Assembly: GCF_964204645.1 (NCBI RefSeq)
Contig: NC_134028.1
Span: 6,262,001 to 6,326,000, forward strand
Length of the DNA stretch: 64,000 nt
Source: Tubulanus polymorphus
Taxonomy: Eukaryota > Animalia > Nemertea
Reading direction: 5' to 3'
Shown: in pieces, positions 60,701-64,000 of the stretch
Position numbering within the stretch: the first letter of the stretch is position 1
How the letters are laid out: every line of letters starts with the position of its first letter
Translations under genes and position numbers: made by a program
Notes under the pieces: generated by a model
Databases searched by the model: none
Told to the model about the DNA's origin: nothing
What the model saw: the letters and a program-made list of their open reading frames with translations, nothing else

Positions 60701-62863
60701 ATTCACGCGGTCGTAATTCTTATCGTAGTATTCTAACGTTCCGTAGCATCCACTGAAACGAAAGGAAAAGAAATTTTCGTTAAATTACTTGAGTAACTTA
60801 ACCCTTTCAGTGCGTCTACACCGCAATGCAGTGTATAAATCAGTGATAGATTTTGCTAGTACACCGCACTGCGCTGTATTGTTGTAATTCGTAATTATCT
60901 CTCTTGAAAAATGGCAGCACGAGTCAAACATAGTGAAATACTAGTAACTAACGATACACCACGCCGCAGGGTAGACGCAATATAGTGGTATTCCCGTTGT
61001 TCAACACACTAGGGTGGAATTTTTTTTAGAATTTTCAAATTATCTCCAGCACTATAGGGCTATAGGGTATTAATTAGTCAGCACTGAAAAGGTTAAGCAT
61101 ATTCAGCCTCTATACAGATCAGTCATTCCTGGATACTAGGAGTTTTATTAAAGGAGAAAATTTGATATTTCGAGGAAGCGTCTGGGGCAGTTTGTGTGTG
61201 ACAATAGGTCATCACCATAAATGGAGTAAGATCAAATTTAAACATTTAGCCCAAGGCTTGTCTCTGATGCTATCGGTTCAGCAGCAAGGGCAATTGATTG
61301 CGATCAGCTTTCACTTACAGGTCGACGGGTTCTTTGACATCGGGAAGTGATAGCTTCGCGAGTCGAGGGAAATCAAGTTCTTCTTTGACCTCCCAGTCTT
61401 CTTTCACTTGTACAGACGCGTCGCGATTTTTTATGATCACCTGAAATAAAAAAAATACAAATCGAAATAGTTCCCTAATAAACACAAAGCGCCACATATC
61501 AACCGACTAGCTGCGACTGTTTTATACTGAACTCACTCTTTTATTATTGTCTTGCAGCTGACGCCCGAATTGCTTCAACCACTTACGCAATAAACGTTGT
61601 CGATCCCTAAACAATATAAAGCAACAATTGATTGCGTCATAGATAAGGGATAATTGAGACAGCTCTTTTGTAGAGCTGGAACTATCACTATCTGCTGGAT
61701 TCAATTCGGATAGAGATGCACAAGACTGCCATACAGTACTTCATCGTGTCCTACTGTAAACCTGGTACGGAGCCTATCACGATGTTTTCAAAATGATATC
61801 ATCATTTAAGCCAATCAGAAATTGAAGACTCCCTGACAAATAAGTTGTTTTCCCTGTCTTGACCGGCTAAGTAAACAATCAAGCAATACAACCAAATAGG
61901 CTCAGTACATGGGTGTAGGGTTTTGGGCGGGTCGTATGTTACTAACCTTTCTCTGCTCTTCTGAGTCTTCGTCAGTACCTGCATGTTCTGTTGAGCCTGA
62001 GCGCGACGTTCTCGCTCTTTCCTCAGTTTATTTTGATTGTACTTATTGCGTCCGCGTTGATAGATCGGTTTCTGCACTTTCGCCGTGTCGACGAGCTGGA
62101 ACGAACTTTCATCTTCCTCGTGGTAGTACGCGTAGTGACTTCCGGCGCCGAACTGTGACTGGTATTTATCTGTATGAAGAAAATGTCGAGTTGATCAAAA
62201 TCTTTAAAAACCTTCCTCTTAAAATTGTTCCAAAGCTCTTCTATGTACTCACTTATAGCTCTTCTGTCTTGATAAAGCGTACCAGTCCAATCTGATACCT
62301 GGAACGAAAAGAAAATGAAACATCTCTAAAGTCTGCAAGGTGGTATAGTTTCATGAAGCTAATAAAATGGGTCAGGGGCACACAATACAGAATCTTATAA
62401 AGGGTCATAAGTCAGGTGCAAATATCTGAAGTCATAGTCAAGAAAGTATTAACACAAGCAGGGACTTCAGGTTTACCAGCATGGGAACAGGGATGGGAGG
62501 GAGGCAAGTCCTTTTCTTTTTTGATGTAATTGATGACAGAACGAACAGCAGCGTTAATTTGCCCAAAGTTAGGCTATCTATAAATTCAGCAATTAATTAA
62601 TTAAAGATTGACAGAGGTTAAAAGACCAATCGCTTATTGTTTTATCTGGGCGTATATCACAGAAACCGCATATGGAAGGAATTAAATTTCTTATGGCGCC
62701 ACCTGACGGCTGATAATCTATTCTAACTGGGACGACGAACCTTTCCGAGTCGATCGCCTTTCGAGAACGGCTGGTAGGGCATATCTTTGTACTGCTCCGG
62801 TTCCCCAGATGGACCCCATCCATCAGGATTATTCTGAATCATAGGTGGTATAAAATGAGCCAT
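54757..62863 (-). CDS. EIF3D: Eukaryotic translation initiation factor 3 subunit D
   Basis: 13 exons on -: 62863-62741 ([18 protein letters not shown]...[15 protein letters not shown]), 62298-62253, 62169-61947, 61606-61537, 61440-61319, 60752-60620, 59979-59835 ([23 protein letters not shown]), 59727-59597, 59294-59076, 58513-58371 ([22 protein letters not shown]), 58030-57838 ([20 protein letters not shown]), 57640-57544 (acidic tail), 54773-54757 (DDEEK*; short terminal exon, moderate confidence). Total 1662 nt = 553 aa. Confidence 0.96.
54955..55822 (-). mobile_element. 868-bp non-autonomous hAT-like DNA transposon with residual zinc-finger ORF (55454-55005), in the last eIF3d intron
   Basis: Perfect 12-bp TIRs CAGAGATGCTAG...CTAGCATCTCTG; 6-bp TSD GATAAC (54949-54954 and 55823-55828); subterminal TTCCGGA repeats at both ends. 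The ORF contains W...YCVVC...[11 protein letters not shown] (BED-like CxxC...HxxxxH). Confidence 0.85.
57119..57406. mobile_element. piggyBac-type MITE (family A)
   Basis: TTAA|CCCTTTCAGTGC...GCACTGAAAGGG|TTAA; TTAA TSD and CCC/GGG termini. Confidence 0.88.
58687..58895. mobile_element. hAT-like MITE family D (in eIF3d intron)
   Basis: CAAAGTGGCCACT...AAGTGGCCACCCTG. Confidence 0.65.
60802..61092. mobile_element. piggyBac-type MITE (family A), opposite orientation to 57119
   Basis: TTAA|CCCTTTCAGTGC...GCACTGAAAAGG|TTAA; the interior is the reverse complement of the 57119 copy. Confidence 0.88.
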
Positions 62864-62899
62864 ATTTGAGCGTTAATTCAGACTTATCCACTGAACATA

Positions 62900-62945
62900 T
62901 GCCGGTCTCTGTCACTTCCGCGTGTGGAATATGGCCGCCGGTTAT
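62900..62945 (-). promoter_or_regulatory. Putative eIF3d core promoter/5'UTR elements: ETS (CGGAAGT) and YY1 (AATATGGCCGCC) motifs
   Basis: ACTTCCG at about 62914-62920 and AATATGGCCGCC at about 62928-62939 lie in a CpG-containing patch 50-80 bp upstream of the ATG. This motif pair is typical of housekeeping and translation-factor promoters. Confidence 0.45.
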
Positions 62946-64000
62946 AAAGTACGCGCAGTCAATTAATTAAATTCAATTTATATTTATTGACGCTTTTGGT
63001 TTCAAATACATCATCAATACAGGTCAATCTAACAAGACAACAAAAGGAACGAATTAACATTAAAAATGATATTGAAAGAGACGGTGGCGTGATCAATCTC
63101 CCGTCCTTCACCCAATCAATCTAACACTAACAGCTCATACAATCGCAACTGACGTTATAAAAGATAAACATAAAAAGTAGCAAAATTTAGGCCTATTGTA
63201 AGATGAACGAAATAACAGATCAAAAGCGTTAGAGCCAAGGCCGCTTCTTAAAGATGTCATGAAGCGATACCCGAAGTATCTGATGCCCACACCGATTGTC
63301 CACAACTTTTTTTGGTAAGTTTCTTGATTATTTTCCAATAAATAAGCTCGTTTTTCAGACTGCATCCCCTTATTAAGTTCTTATTTGTAAGGTGCTTAAT
63401 GTACAATAATTTAATTACTATCAATTGATACAAAATAAGTCCCAAAGGACGGTCAATGCACCGGTTTCGTTTTTGTGTGTGCAGGGTGTTCATTTGTCAA
63501 TTCAACGTAAATGAAATAATTTATTTGCTTGCTGAAGGGGCTTAACCACATTTGGTGGTTATCATATAGGGGATTTAGGAATAAACATACAAAAGTATGC
63601 CTGTTCAAGGTTTCAGAGCGACTGCAATTTATCTATCCCTGTTTGACCTAACTACTAACATAAAACTATTCTTTACTTTGACTTTGTTTAAATGCTTGTC
63701 TCACTCCTCAGTGGAAAGTGGGGAAAGTGGCCTAAACTGCAGTTAGACATGTCTGGATAGGCCTATCAGATGATGTTAGTAGGAGCCTGTAGTAATTAAC
63801 ACTAACTAATTGATGAATCGGAATAGGCCCACGGCACAGAGCAGGGATGCTACCTATTTGTATCACTTCACTATTTCAAAACTATAAATTTTTGGATTTT
63901 GTGAAATTTCAGATTTGTCACCGACCATGTCGTCGAGCAAAGAAAGTGCCGAGTTGGCGAATTGTACCGTTCAAGAACTAAAAGAGATATGCGTTGAAAT

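Overview
AT-rich metazoan genomic DNA, probably a marine lophotrochozoan invertebrate (inferred from gene types and repeats). It is not prokaryotic and has no CRISPR, rRNA or intact tRNA. Three spliced protein genes can be traced by hand. (1) The 3' part of a giant cadherin on + (1..42704, 5'-truncated by the window, 93 exons, about 5,000 aa). It has at least 44 cadherin (EC) repeats, a double furin site, a SEA/MAD-like juxtamembrane domain, one TM helix and a Cad99C/PCDH15-like tail. (2) MMD/PAQR10-11 on - (49134..53690). (3) eIF3d on - (54757..62863). The cadherin is the most unusual feature. Its first 42 repeats come from a strictly alternating pair of phase-0 exon modules, and almost all replace the DRE and DxNDN calcium motifs with a V-x-R-N-x-x-x-P linker. 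The repeats are arranged in 15-domain and 2-domain super-repeats and include a mucin-like hinge and two intron-loss exons. Introns hold many MITEs (piggyBac, Harbinger-like, hAT-like with 5-6 bp TSDs, Tc1/pogo), LINE and SINE remnants, an 868-bp hAT-like element with a zinc-finger ORF, a 36-bp palindromic element, Penelope-type minimal hammerhead ribozymes, and a possible pair of C/D snoRNAs.
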